NCBI RefSeq assembly: GCF_003334305.1
Contig: NZ_QOWS01000001.1
Reading direction: 5' to 3' (one strand)
Length of the DNA: 64,000 nt
Source of the DNA: Escherichia coli
Lineage (GTDB): Bacteria; Pseudomonadota; Gammaproteobacteria; Enterobacterales; Enterobacteriaceae
Numbering within the stretch: the first letter of the stretch is position 1; every line of letters begins with the position of its first letter. Under the pieces are notes generated by a model. It had not been told where the DNA came from. It made no database searches and saw only the letters and a program-made list of their open reading frames with translations. Of this stretch, positions 28,624-39,617 are shown piece by piece. A program made the position numbers and the translations under genes.

Positions 28624-31063
28624 CAATGTAAAATTACAGGTATTGCTCAGGGCTGTTGACCAGGCATCCCGCCCGTTTAAATCCATCCGTACAGCGAGCA
28701 AGTCGCTGTCGGGGGATATCCGGGACACACAAAAATCACTGCGCGAGCTGAACGGTCACGCATCCCGTATTGAGGGATTTCGCAAGACCAGCGCACAGCT
28801 CGCCGTGACTGGTCATGCACTTGAGAAGGCACGGCTGGAAGCCGAAGCCCTTGCCACACAGTTTAAAAATACCGAACGTCCGACCCGTGCTCAGGCGAAA
28901 GTGCTGGAATCCGCAAAGCGAGCGGCGGAGGACTTACAGGCGAAATATAACCGCCTGACGGATTCCGTTAAACGCCAGCAGCGGGAGCTGGCCGCTGTGG
29001 GAATTAATACCCGCAATCTTGCACATGATGAGCAGGGACTGAAAAACCGTATCAGTGAAACCACCGCACAGCTTAACCGGCAGCGTGACGCGCTGGCGCG
29101 TGTCAGTGCGCAACAGGCAAAACTTAATGCAGTAAAACAGCGTTATCAGGCCGGAAAGGAACTGGCCGGAAATATGGCCTCAGTGGGCGCTGCCGGTGTG
29201 GGGATTGCTGCTGCGGGAACGATGGCCGGAGTTAAGTTGCTGATGCCCGGTTATGAGTTTGCGCAGAAAAACTCAGAATTGCAGGCCGTGCTCGGTGTGG
29301 CAAAAGACTCCGCCGAAATGACCGCACTCCGCAAACAGGCGCGCCAGCTCGGCGACAACACCGCCGCCTCAGCGGATGATGCGGCTGGTGCGCAGATTAT
29401 CATTGCGAAAGCGGGTGGAGATGCTGCGGCTATTCAGGCGGCAACGCCGGTCACGCTGAATATGGCGCTGGCGAACCGCCGCACGATGGAAGAAAACGCC
29501 GCCCTGCTGATGGGGATGAAATCCGCCTTTCAGCTTTCAAACGATAAGGTCGCTCATATCGGGGATGTTCTCTCCATGACGATGAACAAAACCGCCGCCG
29601 ATTTTGACGGTATGAGCGATGCGCTGACCTATGCTGCACCTGTGGCAAAAAATGCCGGTGTCAGCATTGAAGAAACCGCCGCAATGGTCGGAGCGCTGCA
29701 TGATGCAAAAATCACAGGCTCAATGGCGGGGACGGGAAGCCGTGCCGTATTAAGCCGCCTGCAGGCACCGACGGGAAAAGCATGGGATGCACTCAAAGAG
29801 CTTGGAGTGAAAACCTCAGACAGCAAGGGAAACACCCGGCCAATATTTACCATTCTGAAAGAAATGCAGGCCAGTTTTGAGAAAAACCGGCTCGGTACTG
29901 CCCAGCAGGCTGAATACATGAAAACTATTTTCGGGGAGGAGGCCTGCTCAGCCGCTGCCGTGCTGATGACTGCCGCCTCAACCGGAAAGCTGGACAAACT
30001 GACCGCTGCGTTTAAAGCCTCAGACGGGAAGACCGCCGAGCTGGTAAATATCATGCAGGACAACCTAGGCGGTGACTTTAAAGCGTTTCAGTCCGCTTAT
30101 GAGGCGGTGGGGACTGACCTGTTTGACCAGCAGGAAGGCGCGCTGCGTAAGCTCACGCAGACGGCCACAAAGTATGTGTTAAAACTCGACGGCTGGATAC
30201 AGAAAAACAAATCACTGGCGTCAACCATCGGCATCATTGCCGGCGGTGCACTGGCGCTTACTGGCATCATCGGTGCCATTGGCCTCGTAGCCTGGCCGGT
30301 TATCACCGGCATCAATGCCATCATCGCGGCAGCAGGCGCAATGGGGGCAGTCTTCACGACGGTTGGCAGTGCTGTTATGACCGCCATCGGGGCTATTAGC
30401 TGGCCGGTTGTGGCCGTGGTGGCTGCCATTGTCGCCGGTGCGTTGCTTATCCGTAAATACTGGGAGCCTGTCAGCGCATTCTTTGGTGGTGTGGTTGAAG
30501 GGCTGAAAGCGGCATTTGCGCCGGTGGGGGAACTGTTCACGCCACTGAAGCCGGTGTTTGACTGGCTGGGTGAAAAGTTACAGGCCGCGTGGCAGTGGTT
30601 TAAAAACCTGATTGCCCCGGTCAAAGCCACCCAGGACACCCTGAACCGTTGCCGTGACACGGGCGTCATGTTCGGGCAGGCACTGGCTGACGCGCTGATG
30701 CTGCCGCTTAATGCGTTCAACAAACTGCGCAGTGGTATTGACTGGGTACTGGAAAAACTCGGTGTTATCAACAAAGAGTCAGACACACTTGACCAGACCG
30801 CCGCCAGAACTCAAGCCGCCACGTATGGCAGCGGTGGTTATATTCCGGCGACCAGCTCTTATGCAGGCTATCAGGCTTATCAGCCGGTCACGGCACCGGC
30901 TGGCCGCTCTTATGTAGACCAGAGTAAAAACGAATATCACATCAGCCTGACGGGTGGTACTGCGCCGGGGACACAGCTTGACCGCCAGTTACAGGATGCG
31001 CTCGAAAAATACGAGCGGGATAAACGTGCGCGCGCCCGTGCCAGCATGATGCATGACAGTTAA
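28616..31063 (+). CDS. T: tail tape measure protein T (815 aa)
   Basis: 815 aa as in P2 T; long alpha-helical and A/G-rich hydrophobic segments typical of tape-measure proteins. Confidence 0.9.
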   Translation: MSNNVKLQVLLRAVDQASRPFKSIRTASKSLSGDIRDTQKSLRELNGHASRIEGFRKTSAQLAVTGHALEKARLEAEALATQFKNTERPTRAQAKVLESAKRAAEDLQAKYNRLTDSVKRQQRELAAVGINTRNLAHDEQGLKNRISETTAQLNRQRDALARVSAQQAKLNAVKQRYQAGKELAGNMASVGAAGVGIAAAGTMAGVKLLMPGYEFAQKNSELQAVLGVAKDSAEMTALRKQARQLGDNTAASADDAAGAQIIIAKAGGDAAAIQAATPVTLNMALANRRTMEENAALLMGMKSAFQLSNDKVAHIGDVLSMTMNKTAADFDGMSDALTYAAPVAKNAGVSIEETAAMVGALHDAKITGSMAGTGSRAVLSRLQAPTGKAWDALKELGVKTSDSKGNTRPIFTILKEMQASFEKNRLGTAQQAEYMKTIFGEEACSAAAVLMTAASTGKLDKLTAAFKASDGKTAELVNIMQDNLGGDFKAFQSAYEAVGTDLFDQQEGALRKLTQTATKYVLKLDGWIQKNKSLASTIGIIAGGALALTGIIGAIGLVAWPVITGINAIIAAAGAMGAVFTTVGSAVMTAIGAISWPVVAVVAAIVAGALLIRKYWEPVSAFFGGVVEGLKAAFAPVGELFTPLKPVFDWLGEKLQAAWQWFKNLIAPVKATQDTLNRCRDTGVMFGQALADALMLPLNAFNKLRSGIDWVLEKLGVINKESDTLDQTAARTQAATYGSGGYIPATSSYAGYQAYQPVTAPAGRSYVDQSKNEYHISLTGGTAPGTQLDRQLQDALEKYERDKRARARASMMHDS

Positions 31064-31077
31064 GGAGGTGACGAAAA

Positions 31078-31557
31078 ATGATGCTCGCGTTAGGTATGTT
31101 TGTTTTTATGCGCCAGACACTGCCACACCAGACCATGCAGCGTGAATCGGATTATCGCTGGCCGTCAAATTCCCGTATCGGTAAACGGGATGCCTACCAG
31201 TTTCTCGGTGTGGGTGAGGAAAACATCACGCTGGCCGGTGTGCTTTATCCCGAACTGACCGGCGGAAAGCTGACGATGACCACGCTCAGGCTGATGGCAG
31301 ATGAAGGTCGGGCGTGGCCGTTGCTGGATGGCACCGGCATGATTTACGGCATGTATGTCATCAGCAGGGTGAGTGAAACAGGGAGTATTTTCTTTGCAGA
31401 CGGCACACCCCGAAAAATTGATTTTACGCTGTCGCTCACCCGCGTTGACGAATCACTGGCCGCGCTTTATGGCGATATCGGTAAACAGGCGGAATCGCTC
31501 ATCGGTAAGGCTGGCAGTATGGCGACTAAATTCACAGGTATGACGGGGGCGGGATAA
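31078..31557 (+). CDS. U: tail protein U (159 aa)
   Basis: 159 aa as in P2 U. Confidence 0.88.
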   Translation: MMLALGMFVFMRQTLPHQTMQRESDYRWPSNSRIGKRDAYQFLGVGEENITLAGVLYPELTGGKLTMTTLRLMADEGRAWPLLDGTGMIYGMYVISRVSETGSIFFADGTPRKIDFTLSLTRVDESLAALYGDIGKQAESLIGKAGSMATKFTGMTGAG

Positions 31558-32720
31558 TGCTGGATGCGCTGACATTTGATGCAGGCAGTACGCTGACGCC
31601 GGATTACATGCTGATGCTCGACAGCAGGGATATTACCGGCAATATCAGCGACCGTCTGATGAGCATGACTCTGACGGATAACCGGGGCTTTGAAGCTGAC
31701 CAGCTTGATATTGAACTGAACGATGCCGACGGGCAGGTCGGGCTGCCGGTTCGTGGCGCTGTCCTGACGGTGTATATCGGCTGGAAAGGTTTTGCCCTGG
31801 TATGCAAAGGGAAATTTACCGTTGATGAGGTTGAACACCGGGGCGCACCGGATGTGGTCACCATCCGCGCCCGGAGTGCAGATTTTCGCGGGACGCTCAA
31901 TTCCCGCCGTGAAGGCTCCTGGCATGACACCACGCTCGGTGCGATTGTTAAGGCGATAGCCACCCGTAACAGGCTGGAAGCCAGTGTCGCTCCGTCACTG
32001 GCCGGAATAAAAATTCCACACATCGACCAGTCGCAGGAGTCTGATGCGAAATTCCTGACCCGTCTTGCAGAACGCAACGGCGGTGAGGTGTCGGTAAAAA
32101 TGGGAAAACTGTTGTTTCTCAAAGCGGGGCAGGGAGTGACGGCCAGCGGTAAAAAAATCCCGCAGGTCACCATAACCCGCAGCGACGGCGACCGCCATCA
32201 TTTTGCGATTGCTGACCGTGGAGCCTACACCGGTGTAACGGCAAAATGGCTACACACTAAAGACCCGAAGCCGCAAAAGCAGAAGGTAAAACTGAAACGC
32301 AAAAAGAAAGAGAAACACCTGCGCGCACTGGAGCACCCGAAAGCGAAACCGGTCAGGCAGAAGAAAGCGCCTAAAGTACCGGAAGCGCGTGAAGGTGAAT
32401 ACATGGCCGGTGAGGCTGACAACGTTTTCGCCCTGACCACGGTATATGCCACGAAAGCGCAGGCCATGCGCGCCGCTCAGGCGAAGTGGGATAAACTGCA
32501 ACGGGGCGTTGCGGAGTTCTCTATCAGCCTGGCTACCGGTCGGGCAGATATTTACACGGAAACACCGGTCAAAGTGTCTGGCTTTAAGCGCGTCATAGAC
32601 GAGCAGGACTGGACAATCACTAAGGTGACACATTTTCTGAATAATAGCGGCTTCACGACGTCCTTAGAGCTTGAGGTCAGGCTTTCTGATGTGGAGTACG
32701 AAACAGAAGATGATGAGTGA
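31557..32720 (+). CDS. D: tail protein D (387 aa)
   Basis: 387 aa as in P2 D; last late structural gene before ogr. Confidence 0.88.
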   Translation: MLDALTFDAGSTLTPDYMLMLDSRDITGNISDRLMSMTLTDNRGFEADQLDIELNDADGQVGLPVRGAVLTVYIGWKGFALVCKGKFTVDEVEHRGAPDVVTIRARSADFRGTLNSRREGSWHDTTLGAIVKAIATRNRLEASVAPSLAGIKIPHIDQSQESDAKFLTRLAERNGGEVSVKMGKLLFLKAGQGVTASGKKIPQVTITRSDGDRHHFAIADRGAYTGVTAKWLHTKDPKPQKQKVKLKRKKKEKHLRALEHPKAKPVRQKKAPKVPEAREGEYMAGEADNVFALTTVYATKAQAMRAAQAKWDKLQRGVAEFSISLATGRADIYTETPVKVSGFKRVIDEQDWTITKVTHFLNNSGFTTSLELEVRLSDVEYETEDDE

Positions 32721-32804
32721 TGTTTTTGTTTTATCTGTTTGTTTTGTAAGGATAAATTAACTAAAATGGCACCATCAACAAAACCGGAAGAGGTGCTCGC
32801 GATG

Positions 32805-33020
32805 TTTCATTGTCCTTTATGCCAGCATGCCGCACATGCGCGTACAAGTCGCTATATCACTGACACGACAAAAGAGCGTTATCATCAGTGCCAGAACGTG
32901 AATTGCAGCGCCACGTTCATCACTTATGAGTCGGTACAGCGATACATCGTGAAGCCGGGAGAAGTCCACGCCGTAAGGCCGCACCCGTTGCCATCAGGGC
33001 AGCAAATTATGTGGATGTAA
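32805..33020 (+). CDS. ogr: late gene transcriptional activator Ogr (72 aa, zinc finger)
   Basis: MFHCPLCQHAAHARTSRYITDTTKERYHQCQNVNCSATF… with a CxxC…CxxxxC zinc finger; 72 aa from the internal Met of the listed ORF. Confidence 0.9.
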   Translation, partial: FHCPLCQHAAHARTSRYITDTTKERYHQCQNVNCSATFITYESVQRYIVKPGEVHAVRPHPLPSGQQIMWM

Positions 33021-33030
33021 TTACAAACAG

Positions 33031-33057
33031 AAAGCCCCTCAGTCGAGGGGCTTTTTT
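33031..33057 (+). terminator. rho-independent terminator after ogr
   Basis: GC-rich hairpin GCCCCTC-AGTC-GAGGGGC followed by TTTTTT. Confidence 0.75.
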
Positions 33058-33121
33058 GTCGATGTGGTCAATGTGTGGACGTGACCAGAAATAAATCCTT
33101 TTATTTCAATTTATTGTACGT

Positions 33122-33148
33122 AAAAAATAAGCCCGTGTAAGGGAGATT
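33122..33148. repeat. attR core (27 bp), coincident with the 3' end of cyaR
   Basis: Exact direct repeat of 2280..2306. Confidence 0.85.
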
Positions 33149-33208
33149 ACACAGGCTAAGGAGGTGGTTCCTGGTACAGCTAGCATTTTATGGGTTATGT
33201 TTTTCAGC
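33122..33208 (-). ncRNA. cyaR: CyaR (RyeE) Hfq-dependent sRNA, 87 nt
   Basis: The reverse complement reads GCTGAAAAACATAACCCATAAAATGCTAGCTGTACCAGGAACCACCTCCTTAGCCTGTGTAATCTCCCTTACACGGGCTTATTTTTT, which matches the CyaR sequence as I recall it, including the terminator hairpin and U-tail; lies between ogr and yegQ. Confidence 0.8.
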
Positions 33209-33292
33209 GAAACGGATGATAACCTTAATAAATGCAGCTGTATGTGATCGGTTTCTAAGAATTTTCCATCCGGGAAAAATAATCGAAATTAA

Positions 33293-34654
33293 TCACTTAC
33301 CGTGGGGATTACGCGTGGTTTCCCCGGAGAAATTACGCATCAGCAGCGCGTAATTGAGCTCAAGATCCTGCGGGACCGGGAGCCACACAGTATAACCATC
33401 GCCTGGTGCTATCGGCATAGCTTCGCCTTTGGCGTTTTCCATGTGCTCAAGGGTAAAATTAATGTTGCCTTGCGGCGTCATCAGCTCAAGGCTGTCGCCA
33501 ACGGAGAATTTATTTTTCACCGCTACCGCCGCGAGGTCCCCCTTGCGCTCACCGGTAAACTCACCAACAAACTGCTGGCGGTCAGAAACTGAATAACCGT
33601 ATTCGTAGTTCTGATAATCGTCGTGAGTATGACGACGCAGGAAACCTTCGGTATAGCCACGATGCGCTAGACCTTCCAGAGTTTCCAGCAGGCTGGTATC
33701 GAACGGTTTTCCCGCAGCGGCGTCATCGATAGCTTTGCGGTAAACCTGTGCGGTGCGTGCACAATAGTAGAAAGATTTGGTACGACCTTCGATTTTCAGC
33801 GAATGCACGCCCATTTTGGTCAGGCGTTCTACATGGGCGATGGCGCGCAGATCTTTCGAGTTCATGATGTAAGTGCCGTGCTCATCTTCAAACGCGGTCA
33901 TATACTCGCCCGGACGCTGGGCCTCTTCGATCATAAACACTTTGTCGGTTGGTGCGCCGATACCCAGCGTCGGCTCAACATTTTGCACCGGAATCGGCTC
34001 GTACTTGTGTACGATGTTGCCAACATCATCTTCTTTCCCTTCCTGGACGTTGTACTCCCAGCGGCAGGCGTTGGTGCAGGTGCCCTGGTTCGGGTCGCGC
34101 TTGTTGATATAGCCAGAGAGCAGGCAGCGACCGGAGTAGGCCATGCACAGCGCGCCGTGAACGAAGATCTCGATCTCCATATCCGGCACCTGATTGCGGA
34201 TCTCTTCAATCTCTTCCAGCGACAGCTCGCGAGAGAGGATCACGCGGGTCAGGCCCATTTGCTGCCAGAATTTCACCGTCGCCCAGTTCACGGCGTTAGC
34301 CTGCACCGAAAGGTGGATCGGCATTTCAGGGAAGTGCTCACGCACCAGCATAATCAGCCCTGGATCGGACATAATCAGCGCATCCGGCCCCATTTCCACC
34401 ACCGGTTTCAGGTCACGGATAAAGGTTTTCAGCTTGGCGTTGTGCGGTGCAATGTTGACCACGACATAAAACTTTTTCCCCAGCGCGTGGGCTTCATTGA
34501 TGCCGAGCTGAAGATTTTCGTGGTTGAATTCGTTGTTGCGCACACGCAGGGAATAACGCGGCTGGCCCGCATAAACAGCATCTGCGCCATAAGCGAAAGC
34601 GTAACGCATATTTTTCAGCGTTCCCGCCGGGGAAAGGAGTTCCGGTTTAAACAT
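33293..34654 (-). CDS. yegQ: U32-family peptidase-like protein YegQ (453 aa)
   Basis: 453 aa; cysteine-rich central region (CxxxC…C) typical of U32 peptidase/RlhA-like proteins; conserved neighbour of cyaR. Confidence 0.85.
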   Translation of the reverse strand: MFKPELLSPAGTLKNMRYAFAYGADAVYAGQPRYSLRVRNNEFNHENLQLGINEAHALGKKFYVVVNIAPHNAKLKTFIRDLKPVVEMGPDALIMSDPGLIMLVREHFPEMPIHLSVQANAVNWATVKFWQQMGLTRVILSRELSLEEIEEIRNQVPDMEIEIFVHGALCMAYSGRCLLSGYINKRDPNQGTCTNACRWEYNVQEGKEDDVGNIVHKYEPIPVQNVEPTLGIGAPTDKVFMIEEAQRPGEYMTAFEDEHGTYIMNSKDLRAIAHVERLTKMGVHSLKIEGRTKSFYYCARTAQVYRKAIDDAAAGKPFDTSLLETLEGLAHRGYTEGFLRRHTHDDYQNYEYGYSVSDRQQFVGEFTGERKGDLAAVAVKNKFSVGDSLELMTPQGNINFTLEHMENAKGEAMPIAPGDGYTVWLPVPQDLELNYALLMRNFSGETTRNPHGK

Positions 34655-34756
34655 AATTCTCTCGTTCTGATGACAGGTCAGATCCGCTTCACCTGATGAA
34701 GCGGTTAGGGGAGTGCCCCCACTTTAAGGGCGGGCATTGTAGCGCAATCGGCGGGT

Positions 34757-35053
34757 TTAGCTCCAGTGTAAATGTCTGGTGGCGTCCTGGTTTTGGTTAA
34801 GGATACGAATGACGATAATTTCCCCTGGTGATTGCAGGAAATAAATGACGTGGCGTTCAAAAGGAAGAACAAAAATACCTTCGCCTAATTCAGGTCTGGG
34901 CGTACCTATATTATTGTTACTCAGAATCTGGAGAACGTCTGAAAGATGTTCCACATATCTGTCGGCTTGTGGTTCGCCGAAATGGTGATAGCTGTAATAC
35001 CAGATGCCTTCTAAATCCTCATTGGCTTTTGGCATGAGTTTAATAATACGCAC
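34757..35053 (-). CDS. ParE/RelE-superfamily toxin (type II TA)
   Basis: 98-aa basic protein immediately downstream of, and abutting, an RHH antitoxin-like gene; same size class as ParE toxins. Confidence 0.6.
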   Translation of the reverse strand: MRIIKLMPKANEDLEGIWYYSYHHFGEPQADRYVEHLSDVLQILSNNNIGTPRPELGEGIFVLPFERHVIYFLQSPGEIIVIRILNQNQDATRHLHWS

Positions 35054-35054
35054 A

Positions 35055-35306
35055 TTATTTCCTTATCCCTGCTTTCACCTTCCGTAAGAACGCGTCCTTT
35101 TCCCACGGCTGAGCTTCACCACTACTCAACCCTTCTGCGAGCATGTCACGTAACGCTTGCAGGCGAGACTCTGCTTGCTTTTCTCGAAGTAATCGCAGTG
35201 ACTCACGGATCACTTCGCTTTGGGTGCGATAGTCGCCGGATTCAATTAAGGACTCGATAAATTCACGCAACTCATCGCCGAGATCAACCGTCATCGTTCT
35301 GGCCAT
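35055..35306 (-). CDS. ParD-like ribbon-helix-helix antitoxin (83 aa)
   Basis: MARTMTVDLGDELREFIESLIESGDYRTQSEVIRESLRLLRE is a classic RHH/ParD (COG3609-like) N-terminus; its stop abuts the toxin start. Confidence 0.65.
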   Translation of the reverse strand: MARTMTVDLGDELREFIESLIESGDYRTQSEVIRESLRLLREKQAESRLQALRDMLAEGLSSGEAQPWEKDAFLRKVKAGIRK

Positions 35307-35559
35307 TTTACGCCCGCCTGTAAGTAAAAATCTTACATCAGTGTATGTCATAAACCGGATAGCGTCACGAAAGTATTAGAAGATATTTTGGCACATGAAC
35401 ATGTTCAGGAGGATAAGTATGGGATGGTAAACAAAGAAAGCACAACGAGTGCTCGTCAGTGCCCACTATTTTAATGGCGGCGGTTACTCTTAATTATTAA
35501 TAACTAAGCGTTATTTGGATATAAAGCCGGACGCCAACAACCCACGCCCGGCATCGTAA

Positions 35560-35892
35560 TTACGTATTGTCTTTCACCGTCTGGCTTGTGCCATTGGCTT
35601 TAACGGAGGCAATTCCGGTTTCACGAGATTGCGCGGTGGCGTACATCTGGCTGGAGCCGATAATTTGATGATTAGCGGCTTTCAGATTGAAATAGAATTT
35701 GCCGTTACTTGCCGTTTTTTTCTCATAGCGTTCTTCTTGCGGGCTGTTGCTACGCACCGACGCGATGCCCTTTTCCGCAGAGGCTTTTGAGGTATACAGC
35801 TCGCTGGTGAGGATAGTCTCACCATTGCCCGCTTTTAGCACAAACCGGAACTGATTATCACTGCTCTTACTGAGTTCAAACCAACCAGCCAT
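35560..35892 (-). CDS. yegP: UPF0339-family protein YegP (110 aa)
   Basis: Tandem-duplicated YegP-type motif (GWFEL…FRFVLKAGNGE and KFYFNLKAANHQ); 110 aa from the MAGWFEL start. Confidence 0.8.
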   Translation of the reverse strand: MAGWFELSKSSDNQFRFVLKAGNGETILTSELYTSKASAEKGIASVRSNSPQEERYEKKTASNGKFYFNLKAANHQIIGSSQMYATAQSRETGIASVKANGTSQTVKDNT

Positions 35893-36082
35893 AATGACTC
35901 CTTGATTGAAATTGTGTATCGAAAACAGCATCTAAAGGTGCTGTTTACCGATTAAAGTATGAGCGATTTTCTGATGCCTGCCAGGGCGGAGAGATAATGT
36001 CAGTTTGCTGACCATGCGTGGGATAATGTTGCCGGATCGGGTCTGAACGCCATCTCCGGCTAACAAAATAATGTCGCTAAAA

Positions 36083-36805
36083 CTAAACGATGCGGCAGGC
36101 GTCGGCTTCCCAGCGGTAACCGACGCCGTAAACGGCGCGGATAAATGACTGTTCGGCGTCGAGAGATTCCAGCTTGCGGCGCAGGTTTTTAATGTGGCTG
36201 TCAATGGTGCGGTCGGTTACTACGCGGTAGTCGTCATAAAGATGATTGAGCAATTGCTCTCGGGAGAACACTTTTCCTGGTTCATGAGAGAGCGTTTTCA
36301 GCAGACGAAATTCCGCAGGCGTCAGGTCAAGCATTTTACCGCGCCATGAAGCCTGAAAACGACCTTCGTCGATAATCAACGGGCTTTCAGCATCCTGTTG
36401 CTGCAACTCGCGCTGCGGTTTGCAACGGCGCAAAATGGTTTTGACGCGCGCTACCACTTCCCGTGGGCTGTACGGCTTACAGATATAATCATCTGCGCCA
36501 ATCTCCAGCCCCAGCAGGCGATCGATCTCTTCGATTTTTGCCGTCACCATCACGATCGGAATGTCAGAAAAACGACGAATTTCCCGGCACAGCGTCAAGC
36601 CATCGGTGCCAGGGAGCATCAGATCCAACAGGATCAGATCCGGTGGTGTCTGGCGCACATACGGCAGTACCTGATCGCCGTGGCTGATAAGCGTCGGCGC
36701 ATAGCTCGCAGCACGCAGATAATCAATGAGCAACTGCCCCAGCTTCGGTTCATCTTCCACGATCAAAATACGCGGTGTGTTTTCGTCGATTGGTAACTCG
36801 GTCAT
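36083..36805 (-). CDS. baeR: envelope-stress response regulator BaeR (OmpR family)
   Basis: 240 aa; receiver domain (ILIVEDEP…[11 protein letters not shown]) plus a winged-helix C-terminal domain; overlaps the baeS stop. Confidence 0.9.
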
Positions 36806-38205
36806 ACTTCTCTCTGTAAATCCCGTTCCAGCGGTAACTCTACTGTAATGCTTACCCCGCCAAAAGGCGAATGGGCAGCAATAATGCGACCATTATGTGC
36901 TTCAACAATGTTCAGGCAAATCGCCAGCCCCAGCCCGGAACCGCCGCTGGCACGGTTGCGGGAACCTTCGGTGCGATAAAAACGTTCAAACAATTTTTGT
37001 AGCTGATCGTCACTGACACCTGGCGCACTGTCGGCAAAGGTCAGGCGCACCGTTTTGTCGCGCTGCCCGGCAGAGATTTGCAGGCTGCCGCCGCTGTCAG
37101 TGTAGCGCAGGCTGTTTTCCAGTAAGTTATTGAATAACTGCATTAAACGGTCGCGATCGCCAAATACGGTAATACTGTCTGGCAGGGAAAATTGCAGTTT
37201 CAGGCCACGACTGGCGAATCGTTCGCGAAATGCGCCGCCCGCCACTTCCAGCAGTGGGATCAAATCTACCGGTGCTTTTTGATAGGCGAGAGCGCCTTCA
37301 TCAGACATCGACAACTGATGGAGATCGTCAACCAGTTTGGTCAGTGTACCGACCTCCGCCTGTAAAGACGCCACCGTCTCCGGCGTGAATTTACGCACGC
37401 CATCCTGAATGGCTTCCAGTTCACCGCGCAGCACCGCTAATGGCGTACGCAGTTCGTGAGAAATATCGGCCATAAAATCGCGCCGCATTTGCTGGTTTTT
37501 CTCCAGTGTGTTGGCAAGCTGGTTGAAGTCTTGCGCCAGTTTGCCCAGTTCATCTTCACTGGTGGGCGTTACGCGGGTAGTGAAATCGCCCGCCGCCAGT
37601 TTGTGCGTGCCATCGACAAGTCGTTTTACCGGTGCCAGTAAACCGCGCGCCAGCAGAAAGGTGGCGAGCGCCGCGAGTAACGTTGCCAGAGCGACAATCA
37701 ACCAGCTGGTTTGCCGCTGTTGTTTATCGAAATTGATATCAGTATTGCGCGTTAACCGCTCAACGGGGGAGGCGATCACCGCGCCAACTTCCGCACCGTT
37801 GACCAGAATGGGTCGCCGTGTACCGTCAGGTGGAATCGGCGCTCGCGGACCAACCAGCACTTTGTTGTTTTGATCAACCACCCAGAACTGGGTACGCCAG
37901 CCGTGCGGTGGCATACCCGGGCCGGGTTTATCTTCCGAATTATCGTGTTCAAATGAACGCAGGATCTGAAAGACAAAGCGATCATTGTTGCGCAGGAAGC
38001 GCCAGTTGCCATGCTGCGCATACTGCTCGCCAAGCGCATCACTTAACAGTTGTAATCGCTGTTCATTACCATGCTTGATGTAATCAATAAAGCCACGCTC
38101 AAAACTGATACGCACCGCCCAGTGCATACTGATCAGCAAGACAATGCAGGTGGCGAAAATCGCCAGAAACAGTTTGCCGGTAATACCAGGTCGCCAGAAC
38201 TTCAT
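36802..38205 (-). CDS. baeS: sensor histidine kinase BaeS
   Basis: 467 aa; two TM segments, HAMP, H-box ([12 protein letters not shown]) and ATPase G-boxes. Confidence 0.9.
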
Positions 38206-39617
38206 TGCGCGCTCCTTTTTCGCCGCGAAATAGCTACATTTTGATGCGTATCGTTCGGCACTCTGGCAAAGATGAACGCCGGAAGGGCGATGATCAACGC
38301 CATGCTAAGCCAGGTGTACATAAAGACGGTTTGTGTGGTGCCGCTGTCGACGCTGACATGCTGTGAACCAAAAAGTCCCAGCAACAGCCCGGCGATAGTG
38401 ACGCCGATACTCATCGACAATTGCATAATCATCGACAGCAGGCTGTTGCCGCTGCTCGCCAGATTGTCCGGGAGATCTTTCAGCGTCAGGGTGTTCATGG
38501 AGGAGAAACGCGTCGAGTTGACCATCCCTTGTAAAAACAGGACGAACGGCAAAACGTAGTACCAGCCCAGCAGGGCGGTAGTCATAAACAACAGGGTGAC
38601 CAGCGACAGACCCAGCGTGGTCGCTACCAGTACCCGACGATAACCAAAGCGATTCACCACCTGTACCACAATTCGCTTCATTCCCATGCTGCCAAGCACC
38701 ATCGGGATCATCATTAGTCCGGCATGAAACGGCGAGAAACCGAGGCCAATTTGCAGGAAAACCGGTGTCATAAAGGGCAACATGCCACTGCCAATACGTC
38801 CGGCAAAGCTCCCCGCCAGGCCCAGCGAAAAGGTACGAGTACGGAACAGTTTCAGACTGAACAGGGCACGGTTGTTATTTCTGGCGTGCAGCAGATAAAG
38901 CACCAGTGCCACCACGCCAACTGCGACCAGGCCTGCAATCGTCAGCGGCGATAAACCTGTACCTTTACTGCCGTCCAGCGCCAGGGTTAATACCGCCATG
39001 CCAACCGCCAGCAATAAAAATCCGGAGAGATCAAAGCGCCGCGTCTGCATGGTGTAGTTCGGCATTAACAGCAATGTGGCGATCGCACCGATAATCCCCA
39101 CCGGAATGTTGATCAAAAAGATCCAGTGCCACGACGCGTACTCCACCAGCAGACCGCCGAGCGCCGGACCGAGCAGCGGACCGACCTGACCGGGTAACGT
39201 GACAAAGGTCATCGCCGCCATATATTGCTCGCGCGGTACGATTTTCATCACCGTCAATCTGCCGACCGGCACCATCATCGCGCCGCCAACGCCCTGTAAC
39301 GCGCGTGCCAGCAACAGTTCGTTCAGCGTCCCGGAAAGCGCGCAAAACAGTGAACCGAGAGTAAACAGCACGATGGCGGTAAAGAAAATATTGCGCACGC
39401 CGACTTTGTCCGCCAGCCAGCCGCTGGCGGGCAGCATCACCGCCACGGTCAGCACATAAGAGACAATGACCATGTGCATATGCAACGGACTTTCCCCGAG
39501 GCTTTGCGCCATTGAGGGAAGGGCGGTGTTTACGATGGTGGTGTCCAGCGACTGCATAAAGAAGCCGAAAGCCACAATCCACAATTGCCAACGGGTGCTG
39601 TCGGGAAGATCTGTCAT
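38202..39617 (-). CDS. mdtD: MFS transporter MdtD (471 aa)
   Basis: 471-aa polytopic MFS protein, fourth gene of the mdtABCD operon. Confidence 0.9.
   Translation of the reverse strand: MTDLPDSTRWQLWIVAFGFFMQSLDTTIVNTALPSMAQSLGESPLHMHMVIVSYVLTVAVMLPASGWLADKVGVRNIFFTAIVLFTLGSLFCALSGTLNELLLARALQGVGGAMMVPVGRLTVMKIVPREQYMAAMTFVTLPGQVGPLLGPALGGLLVEYASWHWIFLINIPVGIIGAIATLLLMPNYTMQTRRFDLSGFLLLAVGMAVLTLALDGSKGTGLSPLTIAGLVAVGVVALVLYLLHARNNNRALFSLKLFRTRTFSLGLAGSFAGRIGSGMLPFMTPVFLQIGLGFSPFHAGLMMIPMVLGSMGMKRIVVQVVNRFGYRRVLVATTLGLSLVTLLFMTTALLGWYYVLPFVLFLQGMVNSTRFSSMNTLTLKDLPDNLASSGNSLLSMIMQLSMSIGVTIAGLLLGLFGSQHVSVDSGTTQTVFMYTWLSMALIIALPAFIFARVPNDTHQNVAISRRKRSAQ

Larger units (their letters stand above)
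2280..33148. mobile_element. complete P2-like (Peduovirus-type) prophage
   Basis: Flanked by a perfect 27-bp direct repeat; contains int, C, cox, B, A, cos, and the full late set Q P O N M L X Y K lysABC R S V W J I H G FI FII E T U D ogr in canonical P2 prophage order, with protein lengths matching P2 almost gene for gene. Confidence 0.92.

Noticed and set aside
33302-34696. Forward-strand ORFs (96 and 297 aa) overlapping yegQ
   Set aside because: Antisense to a 453-aa conserved gene; the 297-aa frame has a His/Arg/Val-rich composition typical of antisense translation.
35932-36204. 90-aa reverse-strand ORF between yegP and baeR
   Set aside because: It overlaps the 3' end of baeR in another frame and has no start context or recognisable features; the interval more likely holds the baeR terminator and yegP promoter.
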